Positions 56,220-64,000 of a stretch of 64,000 bases of DNA are shown here, piece by piece. The DNA is taken from NCBI GenBank assembly GCA_964635715.1, contig CAZWNZ010000001.1:138358-202357 (forward strand), read 5' to 3'. Numbering within the stretch: the first letter of the stretch is position 1; each line of letters opens with the position of its first letter. Under the pieces are notes generated by a model. It made no database searches and was not told the DNA's origin. It was given only the letters and a program-made list of their open reading frames with translations. The position numbers and the translations under genes were made by a program. This DNA comes from an uncultured Gammaproteobacteria bacterium (GTDB taxonomy: Bacteria > Patescibacteriota > Microgenomatia > UBA8517).

Positions 56220-58685
56220 ATGGCATTACAAACAACGAAAATAAAAAAAACAATTACCAAGCATAAGTTACCGGTTAAACCTATCTACAAAAACGGTGAG
56301 ACAAAAATTACCCTTGATGGTTTAATTGCTCCAAGCTATGAAGAAATAATGACAGAAGTTAAAAAGAAGGTAGGAGAAAGACCGGCAATGGATAAAAGCT
56401 TACCAAAAGGAGTTTGGACGGAGCAGTCAATGAAGGTACTGACAGAAAGATATCTCAGAAAGGATGAGGATTTAAAGCCCACTGAAGAACCTGAAGATTT
56501 GGCTTGGAGGGTCGCTTGGGAAATGGCTTCTGCCGAAGTTCGGTGGGGAGCAAAGAAGAAGGATGTAGAGGAGACTGCAAAAGATTTTTATAGACTGATA
56601 GTTTCCAGGCAATTTTTGCCAAACTCTCCAACGTTAATGAACGCCGGTACAAGAAATGGACTTCAGTATTCAGGATGTTTTGTTTTGCCGGTGGATGATT
56701 CGATGGAGGGTATATTTGATGCTATAAAATATCAGGCAATAATTCATAAAACGGGCGGCGGAACAGGTTTTTCGTTTAGTAGGCTTAGAGAAAATGGGTC
56801 GCGTGTAAAAACTTCTTCCGGTATTGCCTCCGGACCCGTTTCGTTTATGAGAATTTTTGATGCGGCTACAAACGAAGTTAAACAAGGTGGTAAGAGAAGA
56901 GGCGCAAATATGGGGATCCTCAGAGTTGATCATCCGGATATTTTGGAGTTTATTCACTGCAAAGAGAGTGGGGGAATAACAAATTTTAATATCTCTGTGG
57001 CAATTACAGATAATTTTATGGATGCTTATTACAAAAATGAAGAATACGAACTTATTAGCCCTAAAACGAAAACGGTAATTGGCAAACTTTCTGCTAAGAA
57101 GGTTTTTGATGAAATTGCCGAGCTTGCTTGGAAAACCGGGGATCCCGGGCTTATTTTTATAGATAGGATAAATAATGGAGCCGCCAACCCGATTCCGGCG
57201 TTAGGTCCGATAGAATCCACAAACCCTTGTGGCGAACAGCCTTTATATCCGTACGATGTTTGCAACCTTGGTAGTATTTTTCTGACGTATTTTATTAAAG
57301 ATGAGGGTGGCAAAAAAGACGTTGATTGGGAGAAATTAAAATATGTAACTCATCAGGCTGTAAGGTTTTTGGATGATGTTATCGAAGTTAATCCTTTTCC
57401 GCTTCCTCAAATAAGAAAAATGGCTTTCAATATCCGAAGGATTGGCCTTGGAGTCGGAGGTTGGAGTGATATGCTTATTTCTTTGGGAATTCCGTATGAC
57501 AGCAATGAGGCACTTGCCTTGGCCGAGAAAGTAATGAAATTTATTAACGACGAGGCCACTCTTGCTTCTGAAGAATTGGCTAAAACACGCGGGCCATTTT
57601 TCCTTTGGCCGGTATCAATATATCGCAATGAGACTCCCAGAAGAAATGCGGCAATTACAACAATTGCTCCAACAGGATCAATTTCCATAATTGCAGGTGC
57701 AAGTTCCGGCATTGAACCTATGTTTGCCATTGCTTACCAACATATTGTTCGCGACAAACATTTAGATAGAAAGCTTTCTTTTATTAATCCTGAATTCGAA
57801 AAAATAGCAAAAGACAGGGGTTTTTGGACAGAAAGTTTGATGGATAAAGTTGCAGAGAAGGGAGTTGTCAGAGAAATTACGGAGATACCTGGAGATGTAA
57901 GAAAGATATTTGGAACCGCACACGAAATTGATATCGATTGGCATATTAAAATGCAGGAATCATTCCAGAAATACACTAACAACGCTGTCAGTAAAACGAT
58001 AAATCTTAGACATGACGCTACAATAGAAGATGTTAAAAAATCCTATCTTGCTGCCTGGGAAGGTTGTTGCAAGGGAATTACTATTTTCAGGGACGGGAGT
58101 AAGGGTGAACAAGTTTTAAATCTTGGCTTGAACAAAAAAGAAGAAATAAAAGAAGTTGAAGCAGCAGCAACACAGGTTGTATTGGAAAGACCGATGAAAG
58201 TCGAAGGTGCAACTTACAGAATCCCGACCCCTTTGGGGGTTTCCTTTATTACAGTTAATCAGGATTCTCAAGGTAATCCTTTTGAGGTTTTTATAACTAT
58301 TGGTAAAGCAGGGAGTGAGGTCGCAGCGATGGCAGAAGCTTTAGGGCGCATGATTTCTACAACTTTAAGATTTGGAAATCATAAACCGGCGCTTGAACGC
58401 GCCCGTGAGATAGTTGATCAACTTAGAGGTATAGGTGGGGGACGATCTGTGGGATTTGGACCAAATAAAATAAGGTCTCTTCCCGATGCGGTTGCTAAGG
58501 CAATTTCAATGCACTTTGGATTTAATAATGTCAATCATGATACTGAAACACAATCTAACATAGGACAGGTTGGCGGAGACGACACTAAAGTTGTTGGAGA
58601 TATCTGTCCCTCTTGTGGATCTCCTGCTCTTGTTTTTCAAGAAGGTTGCTCCAAGTGTCACGCCTGCGGTCACTCTGAATGTTAA
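56220..58685 (+). CDS. nrdJ: Ribonucleoside-triphosphate/diphosphate reductase, class II (adenosylcobalamin-dependent)
   Basis: TLMNAGT, GCFVLPVDDSMEGIF, GGGTGFSFSRLR and the C-terminal CPSCG...CHACGH zinc finger. Confidence 0.9.
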   Translation: MALQTTKIKKTITKHKLPVKPIYKNGETKITLDGLIAPSYEEIMTEVKKKVGERPAMDKSLPKGVWTEQSMKVLTERYLRKDEDLKPTEEPEDLAWRVAWEMASAEVRWGAKKKDVEETAKDFYRLIVSRQFLPNSPTLMNAGTRNGLQYSGCFVLPVDDSMEGIFDAIKYQAIIHKTGGGTGFSFSRLRENGSRVKTSSGIASGPVSFMRIFDAATNEVKQGGKRRGANMGILRVDHPDILEFIHCKESGGITNFNISVAITDNFMDAYYKNEEYELISPKTKTVIGKLSAKKVFDEIAELAWKTGDPGLIFIDRINNGAANPIPALGPIESTNPCGEQPLYPYDVCNLGSIFLTYFIKDEGGKKDVDWEKLKYVTHQAVRFLDDVIEVNPFPLPQIRKMAFNIRRIGLGVGGWSDMLISLGIPYDSNEALALAEKVMKFINDEATLASEELAKTRGPFFLWPVSIYRNETPRRNAAITTIAPTGSISIIAGASSGIEPMFAIAYQHIVRDKHLDRKLSFINPEFEKIAKDRGFWTESLMDKVAEKGVVREITEIPGDVRKIFGTAHEIDIDWHIKMQESFQKYTNNAVSKTINLRHDATIEDVKKSYLAAWEGCCKGITIFRDGSKGEQVLNLGLNKKEEIKEVEAAATQVVLERPMKVEGATYRIPTPLGVSFITVNQDSQGNPFEVFITIGKAGSEVAAMAEALGRMISTTLRFGNHKPALERAREIVDQLRGIGGGRSVGFGPNKIRSLPDAVAKAISMHFGFNNVNHDTETQSNIGQVGGDDTKVVGDICPSCGSPALVFQEGCSKCHACGHSEC

Positions 58686-58710
58686 AAACGTTCGTAATTT
58701 TCAAACATGG

Positions 58711-58757
58711 CGTAATTGTAATTTTATTGTAAATTGGTAATTGTAAATTGGTAATTT
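58711..58757 (+). repeat. Tandem 14-nt repeat ATTGTAAATTGGTA x2 plus partial third copy in the pduO leader
   Basis: GTAATTGTAATTTTATTGTAAATTGGTAATTGTAAATTGGTAATTTT, directly before the ATG at 58761. Confidence 0.5.
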
Positions 58758-58760
58758 TAT

Positions 58761-59255
58761 ATGTCTATTTATACAAAAATGGGGGACAAAGGAGAGACGA
58801 GAACTTTAGAGGGTAAAGTCATTTCCAAATCTTCAAAATTAATTAACGCAATCGGATCCATTGATGAGTTGAACTCACTCTTGGGAATTATAGGCGGATT
58901 GGAAAATGTACAATTTGAACTATTCACTATAAATGCCATTTTGGCAGGCAGTAAACTCAAGTTTACTAAACCAAAAATCACAAAATTAGAAAAAGAAATC
59001 GATTCTTTGGAAATAGTCTTACCTAAACAAAAGAACTTTATTCTTTATGGTGGGGACCCGAAGGCTGCAATGTTTTTTTATGCAAGAAGTGTTTGCCGTC
59101 GTGCCGAATGTTCACTTGTATCTTTGTCTGATTCACAATTTAAAATTTCCGACTCAATATTGGCTTATATAAACAGGCTTTCAGATTACCTTTATATAAA
59201 AGGTAGGGAAGCAAACTTCAAAGCTAAAATTTCAGAAAAGGCTTGGAACAGATAG
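58761..59255 (+). CDS. ATP:cob(I)alamin adenosyltransferase, PduO-type
   Basis: MSIYTKMGDKGETRTLEGKVISKSSKLINAIGSIDELNS matches the TKTGDxGxT...DELN signature. Confidence 0.8.
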   Translation: MSIYTKMGDKGETRTLEGKVISKSSKLINAIGSIDELNSLLGIIGGLENVQFELFTINAILAGSKLKFTKPKITKLEKEIDSLEIVLPKQKNFILYGGDPKAAMFFYARSVCRRAECSLVSLSDSQFKISDSILAYINRLSDYLYIKGREANFKAKISEKAWNR

Positions 59256-59280
59256 TTAACTGCTATACAATGGTTGATAT

Positions 59281-59622
59281 ATGCCCACCACACCGGAAAT
59301 ACAAAAGCCAGAATCGCAGATTATTGAGAGAAAGGAAGAATTTGTGATCCCTGAAACACTTCAAAAAACTACTGGGGTACAAGTTGTTCAAAAAAACTTT
59401 AAAAATCAGATTAAAAATGACAGTGGACAGCCTTTGATTCAAACCCCACCGACTCAAGTTATCACCATAACACCGCCGGCAGATGATACAACCCTGGCAG
59501 GATGGTCCAAAGGTTCAACACTATCATCTTTAACCTGGCTTGCGGCATTTTGGATAAGAATTATTAAAAGAGCGACGTTTTTTGGCTGGAAAGTGATAGG
59601 TAATCAGAGTACAAAAGAATAA
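59281..59622 (+). CDS. Hypothetical protein with C-terminal amphipathic/hydrophobic segment
   Basis: 113 aa, Pro/Gln-rich. Its stop lies 4 nt before the T4CP-like gene. Confidence 0.3.
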   Translation: MPTTPEIQKPESQIIERKEEFVIPETLQKTTGVQVVQKNFKNQIKNDSGQPLIQTPPTQVITITPPADDTTLAGWSKGSTLSSLTWLAAFWIRIIKRATFFGWKVIGNQSTKE

Positions 59623-59625
59623 ATA

Positions 59626-61959
59626 ATGTTAACCGCAGAAGTAAATTATTCAGGCATTATTGTGGCTGTTGTTTTGGTGACTGCCGCAGTTTTCTCCTTG
59701 GTTCTTTTGGGCTATTCACTTTTTATTTATTTTAAAAACAGAGATAGGGAAAAAAGATCTTTAGATTCGGTACTTTTACAGGTTGCTCTTCCCAGAAATA
59801 ACGAAACAAAAATCGATGTGATGGAACAACTTTTTGCCAGTATTTATTCAATTAAAAAAGGAGGATGGAAGCAAAAGTTCTCCATTCAGCCAACAATTTC
59901 CTTTGAAATAGTAGCTAAACGTGAGGACATACGTTTCTATGTTTGGGCTCCAACAAAGCTTAAGGATTTGGTTGAAAAACAAATAAATGGTGCATACCCA
60001 GAAGCTGAAATTTTAGAAGTTGATGAATACAATATTTTTGACGAAAAAGGCAAAGTTGCTTACAAGTCATTTCAATTAGGGAAAAGCAATTTTTACCCAT
60101 TAAAAACTTTTAAAGATCTGGCTACCGATCCGATGCTTGGAATTACTTCTGCCTTAGCCAAAATGGGAGAGTCGGACGCAGCCGTTATCCAAATTGTTTT
60201 AACTCCGACTGAAAGCGATTGGCAAAAGGCAGGCGGGAAATTTATATCTGATATCAAAAAACAAGAGAGTGATGCTGAACATGCAAAATTCTCAACATCC
60301 GGCAAAACTTTGGACGCGATTGAAGGAAAAGTCTCCAAACCAGGGTTTGAAACATCAATAAGAATATTGGCCGTTTCGGAAGACGAGGAAACTGCAAAAA
60401 GCACAGTAGCCAATATCAGTAGCTCTTTTGCTCAATTTGCGGGAGACCTAAACAGTCTTAAAAGTAGAAAGATTTATAGGAAAGCTTCGTTTATGGAGGA
60501 ATTTCTTTATCGATATCAACCGATGTTTAATATTTTTAAAAATCATGTGTCAATATTAAATTCAGAAGAGTTGGCTTCAATCTATCATTTTCCGAATAAG
60601 CAGGTTACCACGCCGCATATTTTTTGGTTGAATGCTAAAACCGCTCCTGCGCCAAGTCAAATTCCAACAGAAGGCCTTTATCTTGGAATGAGTAATTACA
60701 GGGGAATTAAAAGACCAGTTTATTTAAGCAACAAAGATAGAATGCAGCATATCTACATTATTGGAAAGACGGGAGTTGGAAAATCAGAGCTTCTTAAGGA
60801 TTTGATATTGCAAGATATTAGGGCAGGTAAGGGAGTCTGTTTTATGGATCCCCATGGTGATGCAGTGGAAGATATTTTAAAACTTATCCCTCCCGAAAGG
60901 GCAGAAGATGTTATCTACTTCAATCCAAGTGATGTCGAACGTCCTATTGGAATGAATCTTTTGGAGGCGAGAACCGAAGATGAAAAACATTTTGCTGCGA
61001 CATCAATAATAAACCTCATGTACAAACTTTTTGATCCTTATAAAACCGGAATAGTCGGGCCACGTTTTGAGCATGGAGTTAGAAATGCCATGTTGACAGT
61101 CATGAGTGAGCCTGGAAATACTTTTGTGGAAATTATGAGAGCCATGACGGATTCTTCGTATGTTCAAAAACTTCTTCCCAAAGTTACTGACCCAATTGTC
61201 AGGCGCTATTGGACTGATCAGATTGCTCAAACTTCCGATTTCCACAAATCAGAAGTTTTAGACTACACAGTTTCCAAATTTGGGCGTTTTGTTACAAACA
61301 AGCTTATAAGAAACATAATAGGACAATCTCAAAGTTCTTTTGACATGAGAAAAGTTATGGATGAAGGAAAAATTTTACTTATTAATCTAGCCAAAGGATC
61401 TTTGGGAGAGGAGAATAGCAACTTTTTGGGGCTCCTTCTTGTTCCAAGAATATTGATGGCAGCTATGAGTAGGTCAAACTTGGCAAAAGAACAAAGAAAA
61501 GATTTTTACTTTTATGTTGACGAGTTCCAGAATTTTGCCACACCCGATTTTGCAGTAATTTTGTCTGAAGCTAGAAAGTATGGGTTAGGACTTTGTGTTG
61601 CTAATCAGTTTATCGGTCAGGTTGAGGAAGAGGTTAAAAATGCAGTTTTCGGAAATGTCGGAACTCTGATCTCCTTTAGAGTAGGTGTAACAGATGCGAA
61701 CTACTTACAACATGAATTTACACCAACTTTTGGTGAAGATGATTTATTAAATGTAGAGCGTTATCATTCTTATTGTAAAACTATTGTTAATAACGAACCT
61801 GTTCCGCCATTCTCCATGGATATGAGTAAGGACATGAATAAGCAAAAAGCCGAAGAAAATGAGCGTGTGGCGGAGATAATTAAAGAAATGAGCAGACTTA
61901 AATATGGTAGAGATGAAAAATTGGTTGAAGCGGAGATAACAAGAAGAAGCAATCTATAA
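59626..61959 (+). CDS. TraG/VirD4/TraD-family (type IV coupling protein-like) membrane-anchored P-loop ATPase
   Basis: N-terminal TM, Walker A YIIGKTGVGKSELL, DPHGD, Walker B YFYVDEFQNF and ARKYGLGLCVANQ. Confidence 0.55.
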   Translation: MLTAEVNYSGIIVAVVLVTAAVFSLVLLGYSLFIYFKNRDREKRSLDSVLLQVALPRNNETKIDVMEQLFASIYSIKKGGWKQKFSIQPTISFEIVAKREDIRFYVWAPTKLKDLVEKQINGAYPEAEILEVDEYNIFDEKGKVAYKSFQLGKSNFYPLKTFKDLATDPMLGITSALAKMGESDAAVIQIVLTPTESDWQKAGGKFISDIKKQESDAEHAKFSTSGKTLDAIEGKVSKPGFETSIRILAVSEDEETAKSTVANISSSFAQFAGDLNSLKSRKIYRKASFMEEFLYRYQPMFNIFKNHVSILNSEELASIYHFPNKQVTTPHIFWLNAKTAPAPSQIPTEGLYLGMSNYRGIKRPVYLSNKDRMQHIYIIGKTGVGKSELLKDLILQDIRAGKGVCFMDPHGDAVEDILKLIPPERAEDVIYFNPSDVERPIGMNLLEARTEDEKHFAATSIINLMYKLFDPYKTGIVGPRFEHGVRNAMLTVMSEPGNTFVEIMRAMTDSSYVQKLLPKVTDPIVRRYWTDQIAQTSDFHKSEVLDYTVSKFGRFVTNKLIRNIIGQSQSSFDMRKVMDEGKILLINLAKGSLGEENSNFLGLLLVPRILMAAMSRSNLAKEQRKDFYFYVDEFQNFATPDFAVILSEARKYGLGLCVANQFIGQVEEEVKNAVFGNVGTLISFRVGVTDANYLQHEFTPTFGEDDLLNVERYHSYCKTIVNNEPVPPFSMDMSKDMNKQKAEENERVAEIIKEMSRLKYGRDEKLVEAEITRRSNL

Positions 61960-62016
61960 AGACAGTAACTAGTCGCTGGAAGTTAGTATTGCATTTCAGA
62001 AGTTTTTTCCCTAACA

Positions 62017-62041
62017 TCTAGATTCTAGTTACTAGATTCTA
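62017..62041. repeat. CTAG-AWTC-TAG palindromic repeat cluster (copy C)
   Basis: TCTAGATTCTAGTTACTAGATTCTA upstream of the dehydrogenase gene. Confidence 0.45.
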
Positions 62042-62047
62042 AAAAAT

Positions 62048-62890
62048 ATGAATATCGGAATTGTTGGCAACGGTTATGTAGGTCATGCAACAGGAGCAGG
62101 TTTTGCGACCAACCCGGAAAATAAACTTTTCATCTACGACAAATTCAAGGAAAGCCCAAACACTCTCGATGAAGTAATTGAAAATTCAGAATTTATTTTT
62201 ATTTGTGTTCCAACACCAATTTTTTCCGATTATTCGGGAATGGACATGAGTATAGTCGAGGAAGTGATCGGAGAAGTAGCGGAAAAAATTAAAACACAGG
62301 GGAAGATAATTATTATTAAATCAACTTCTCTCCCGGGAACTACAAGAAAGATGGTAGAAAAATACCCACATGTTGATTTTGCCATGAATCCGGAATTTTT
62401 AACTCAAGCCAAAGCAGACGAGGATTTTTTAAAACCATATAGAACAGTGATTGGGTGCGAAAAGCCTGATGTGGGGGAGAAAGTTAAAAGTCTTTACGAA
62501 ACAATTCTACCTTCCAACCAAAGATATATAATTACCGACACTGTCAGTGCCGAGGTAATCAAGTATATGAGTAATCTCATTTTGGCAAGCAAAGTTCTTC
62601 TGGCAAACGAATTTTATGAATTGTCTCAAAAAGTTGGAGCAAATTATGTGGATGTGCAAAAAGGGGTTGAGGCTGATCCTAGGATCGGAACACATCTCGG
62701 GGTTCCGGGTTCCGATGGCGATAGAGGTTTTGGAGGAGCATGTTTTCCAAAAGACACGATTGGTATTTTGGGTTTAGCCAAAAAACTGGGTGTTGATATG
62801 AGTGCGCTCCAAGCAGTTTGGGATAAAAACCTGAAGATTAGAAAAAATAGGGATTGGGAAGAAATGCCTCAAGCTTTCAAGAAAAAATAA
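62048..62890 (+). CDS. UDP-glucose/GDP-mannose dehydrogenase-family protein lacking the C-terminal domain
   Basis: IGIVGNGYVGHATGAGF Rossmann motif and catalytic GGACFPKD. At 280 aa it is shorter than the roughly 390-440 aa typical of the family. Confidence 0.6.
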   Translation: MNIGIVGNGYVGHATGAGFATNPENKLFIYDKFKESPNTLDEVIENSEFIFICVPTPIFSDYSGMDMSIVEEVIGEVAEKIKTQGKIIIIKSTSLPGTTRKMVEKYPHVDFAMNPEFLTQAKADEDFLKPYRTVIGCEKPDVGEKVKSLYETILPSNQRYIITDTVSAEVIKYMSNLILASKVLLANEFYELSQKVGANYVDVQKGVEADPRIGTHLGVPGSDGDRGFGGACFPKDTIGILGLAKKLGVDMSALQAVWDKNLKIRKNRDWEEMPQAFKKK

Positions 62891-62917
62891 GCCCAAACTG
62901 GTATAATAGCCTCATCT

Positions 62918-62989
62918 GGGCTCGTCGTTTACCGGTAAGACATTACTCTTATAAAGTAAATACAGATGGTTCGACTCCATCCGAGCCCA
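62918..62989 (+). tRNA. tRNA-Ile(UAU)
   Basis: GGGCTCG TC GTTTACCGGTAAGAC A TTACT-CTTATAA-AGTAA ATACA GATGGTTCGACTCCATC CGAGCCC A. Extended -10 TGgTATAAT lies 10 nt upstream. Confidence 0.55.
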
Positions 62990-62993
62990 CAAG

Positions 62994-63082
62994 GGGTCTC
63001 TTATGTCAAAGTTTTGCATTGAGACGCGTTTTACAAATGCGATAAAGTCGACACGATAGTTCGATTCTATCCGGGACCACCA
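62994..63082 (+). other. Aberrant tRNA-like element with canonical T-arm, acceptor 3' strand and genomically encoded ACCA
   Basis: GATAGTTCGATTCTATC CGGGACC A CCA at 63055-63082. A candidate anticodon arm CGCGT-TTTACAA-ATGCG and a 13-nt variable region fit, but the D-region does not fold canonically and the acceptor pairing GGTCTCT/CGGGACC is 6 of 7. Confidence 0.3.
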
Positions 63083-63090
63083 AGTAGAAT

Positions 63091-63582
63091 ATGAATAGAA
63101 ATATTCTTAACACCAATTCAGGAATCTACCTGGGTTATGGTTACTTAATGCTTCCTCTAAATTTAAATATTTCTTCAAAAATAGAAATTGAAAACAAAAC
63201 GTTTTTCCCTAAAAAAGGATACCATGTAAGTTTGATTTGTCTCGAAAATCTGCCGAAACCCAATCAAGAAAAGATCTTAAATTTTGCCAAAAAATACCCA
63301 GTAGTGCTAAAAAGAATGACTGGGGTTTATCGATTAGTAATACAGGAGAATAATCAATCAATAATAGTTCGTATCCACCTCAAAGGATTAAAGAAATTAA
63401 TTACTGCTGTTAATAAACATTTCGGATATAGCCTTGTCTATCCACCAACCCACATAACTCTGTTTACCTTAAAAGGTCAGTATGGCATTGCAATAAATTC
63501 AAATAGTGAATATCGACAGTTAACTCACCAAATCAGCCCAAAAGATTCGCTAAGGTTAGCAAAGTCATTCAAACTAATTTAA
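63091..63582 (+). CDS. 2H phosphoesterase superfamily protein (LigT-like 2'-5' RNA ligase/cyclic phosphodiesterase)
   Basis: Two H-x-T/S-x motifs: YHVSLI and THITLF. Confidence 0.5.
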   Translation: MNRNILNTNSGIYLGYGYLMLPLNLNISSKIEIENKTFFPKKGYHVSLICLENLPKPNQEKILNFAKKYPVVLKRMTGVYRLVIQENNQSIIVRIHLKGLKKLITAVNKHFGYSLVYPPTHITLFTLKGQYGIAINSNSEYRQLTHQISPKDSLRLAKSFKLI

Positions 63583-63596
63583 AAAGTAATCGAAGA

Positions 63597-64000
63597 TTAA
63601 AGCTCGATTAAGGTTTGTTTCTTGCCGGGTTCGGTAATTTGGGCAAGCTCAAGATACCTTTCGGTTGTAGAAAGGCGCTTATGGCCCGAAACTTGAGAAA
63701 GAAGGACGATATCAACTCCGGCTTTAAGATTCTCAACAATAAATGTGGTTCTAAGATCATTTACTGAATAATTGGGGAGTTCTGCCCTTTGGACATATCT
63801 GGCAATAGAAGCTCTAATATTTCTAACAGCTAGTGGTTTTCCATTCTTACTGATAAAAACATATGGGGATTCTGCTTTTGGACGGATGTCTATGTAAGCG
63901 TTTAAGATATCGGAAGCCGGTTTATTAAGAGGGACGTTTCTTTCGGGTTGGGTTGCGTAAGCCTCTATTTTTAGAGAATCGCCCTTAATATTTTCAGATT
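63597..64000 (-). CDS. Tyrosine recombinase/integrase (XerC/XerD-like), C-terminal part (5' end beyond window)
   Basis: The reverse-strand translation ends ...LRTTFIVENLKAGVDIVLLSQVSGHKRLSTTERYLELAQITEPGKKQTLIEL followed by a stop. This includes the catalytic Arg, His-x-x-Arg and the nucleophilic Tyr. Absent from the ORF track because no start codon is in the window. Confidence 0.75.
   Translation of the reverse strand, partial: SENIKGDSLKIEAYATQPERNVPLNKPASDILNAYIDIRPKAESPYVFISKNGKPLAVRNIRASIARYVQRAELPNYSVNDLRTTFIVENLKAGVDIVLLSQVSGHKRLSTTERYLELAQITEPGKKQTLIEL

Noticed and set aside
1-64000. CRISPR arrays and cas genes
   Set aside because: No regularly spaced direct repeats of 24-48 nt were seen. 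The only tandem repeats are the 14-nt x2 unit at 58726-58753 and the CTAG-palindrome clusters, neither with spacer-like periodicity.

Overview
The window is a gene-dense, low-GC stretch that looks like a CPR/Patescibacteria-type bacterium. This is an inference from gene content: archaeal-type triosephosphate isomerase, split transketolase, class I aldolase, many small membrane-anchored proteins, VirB2/TrbC-like pilin genes and tRNA introns. Recognisable housekeeping modules are dnaG-rpoD, kbl-tdh, epmA-efp, a glycolysis/pentose-phosphate block (tpi, rpiB, pgk, gap, tktA/tktB, fba, pfkB-type kinase), two tandem class A PBPs, and nrdR followed by a B12-dependent class II ribonucleotide reductase (nrdJ) and a PduO-type adenosyltransferase. 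RNA genes found by eye are a tmRNA next to smpB, four tRNA-Ser isoacceptors, tRNA-Arg(GCG), tRNA-Ile(UAU), an aberrant tRNA-like element with an encoded CCA, and a tRNA-Asn(GUU) whose anticodon loop is split by a 205-nt group I-like intron. The most unusual items are: (1) the intron-containing tRNA-Asn flanked by free-standing HNH and GIY-YIG nuclease genes; (2) a conserved ~65-nt element duplicated upstream of two unrelated genes, carrying an SD-sequestering stem and a tiny MNFI uORF; (3) a perfect 57-bp duplication of the nrdR 3' end bracketing a 190-nt insert in front of nrdJ; (4) a HEPN-like (Rx4H) gene translationally coupled to a CPBP protease; (5) a 360-nt structured non-coding region between comF and the tRNA cluster; (6) a dispersed CTAG-AWTC-TAG palindromic repeat family; (7) a tyrosine recombinase next to an aberrant tRNA-like 3' fragment at the window end. 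No CRISPR array was seen. All calls come from reading the sequence and ORF translations; no searches were run.
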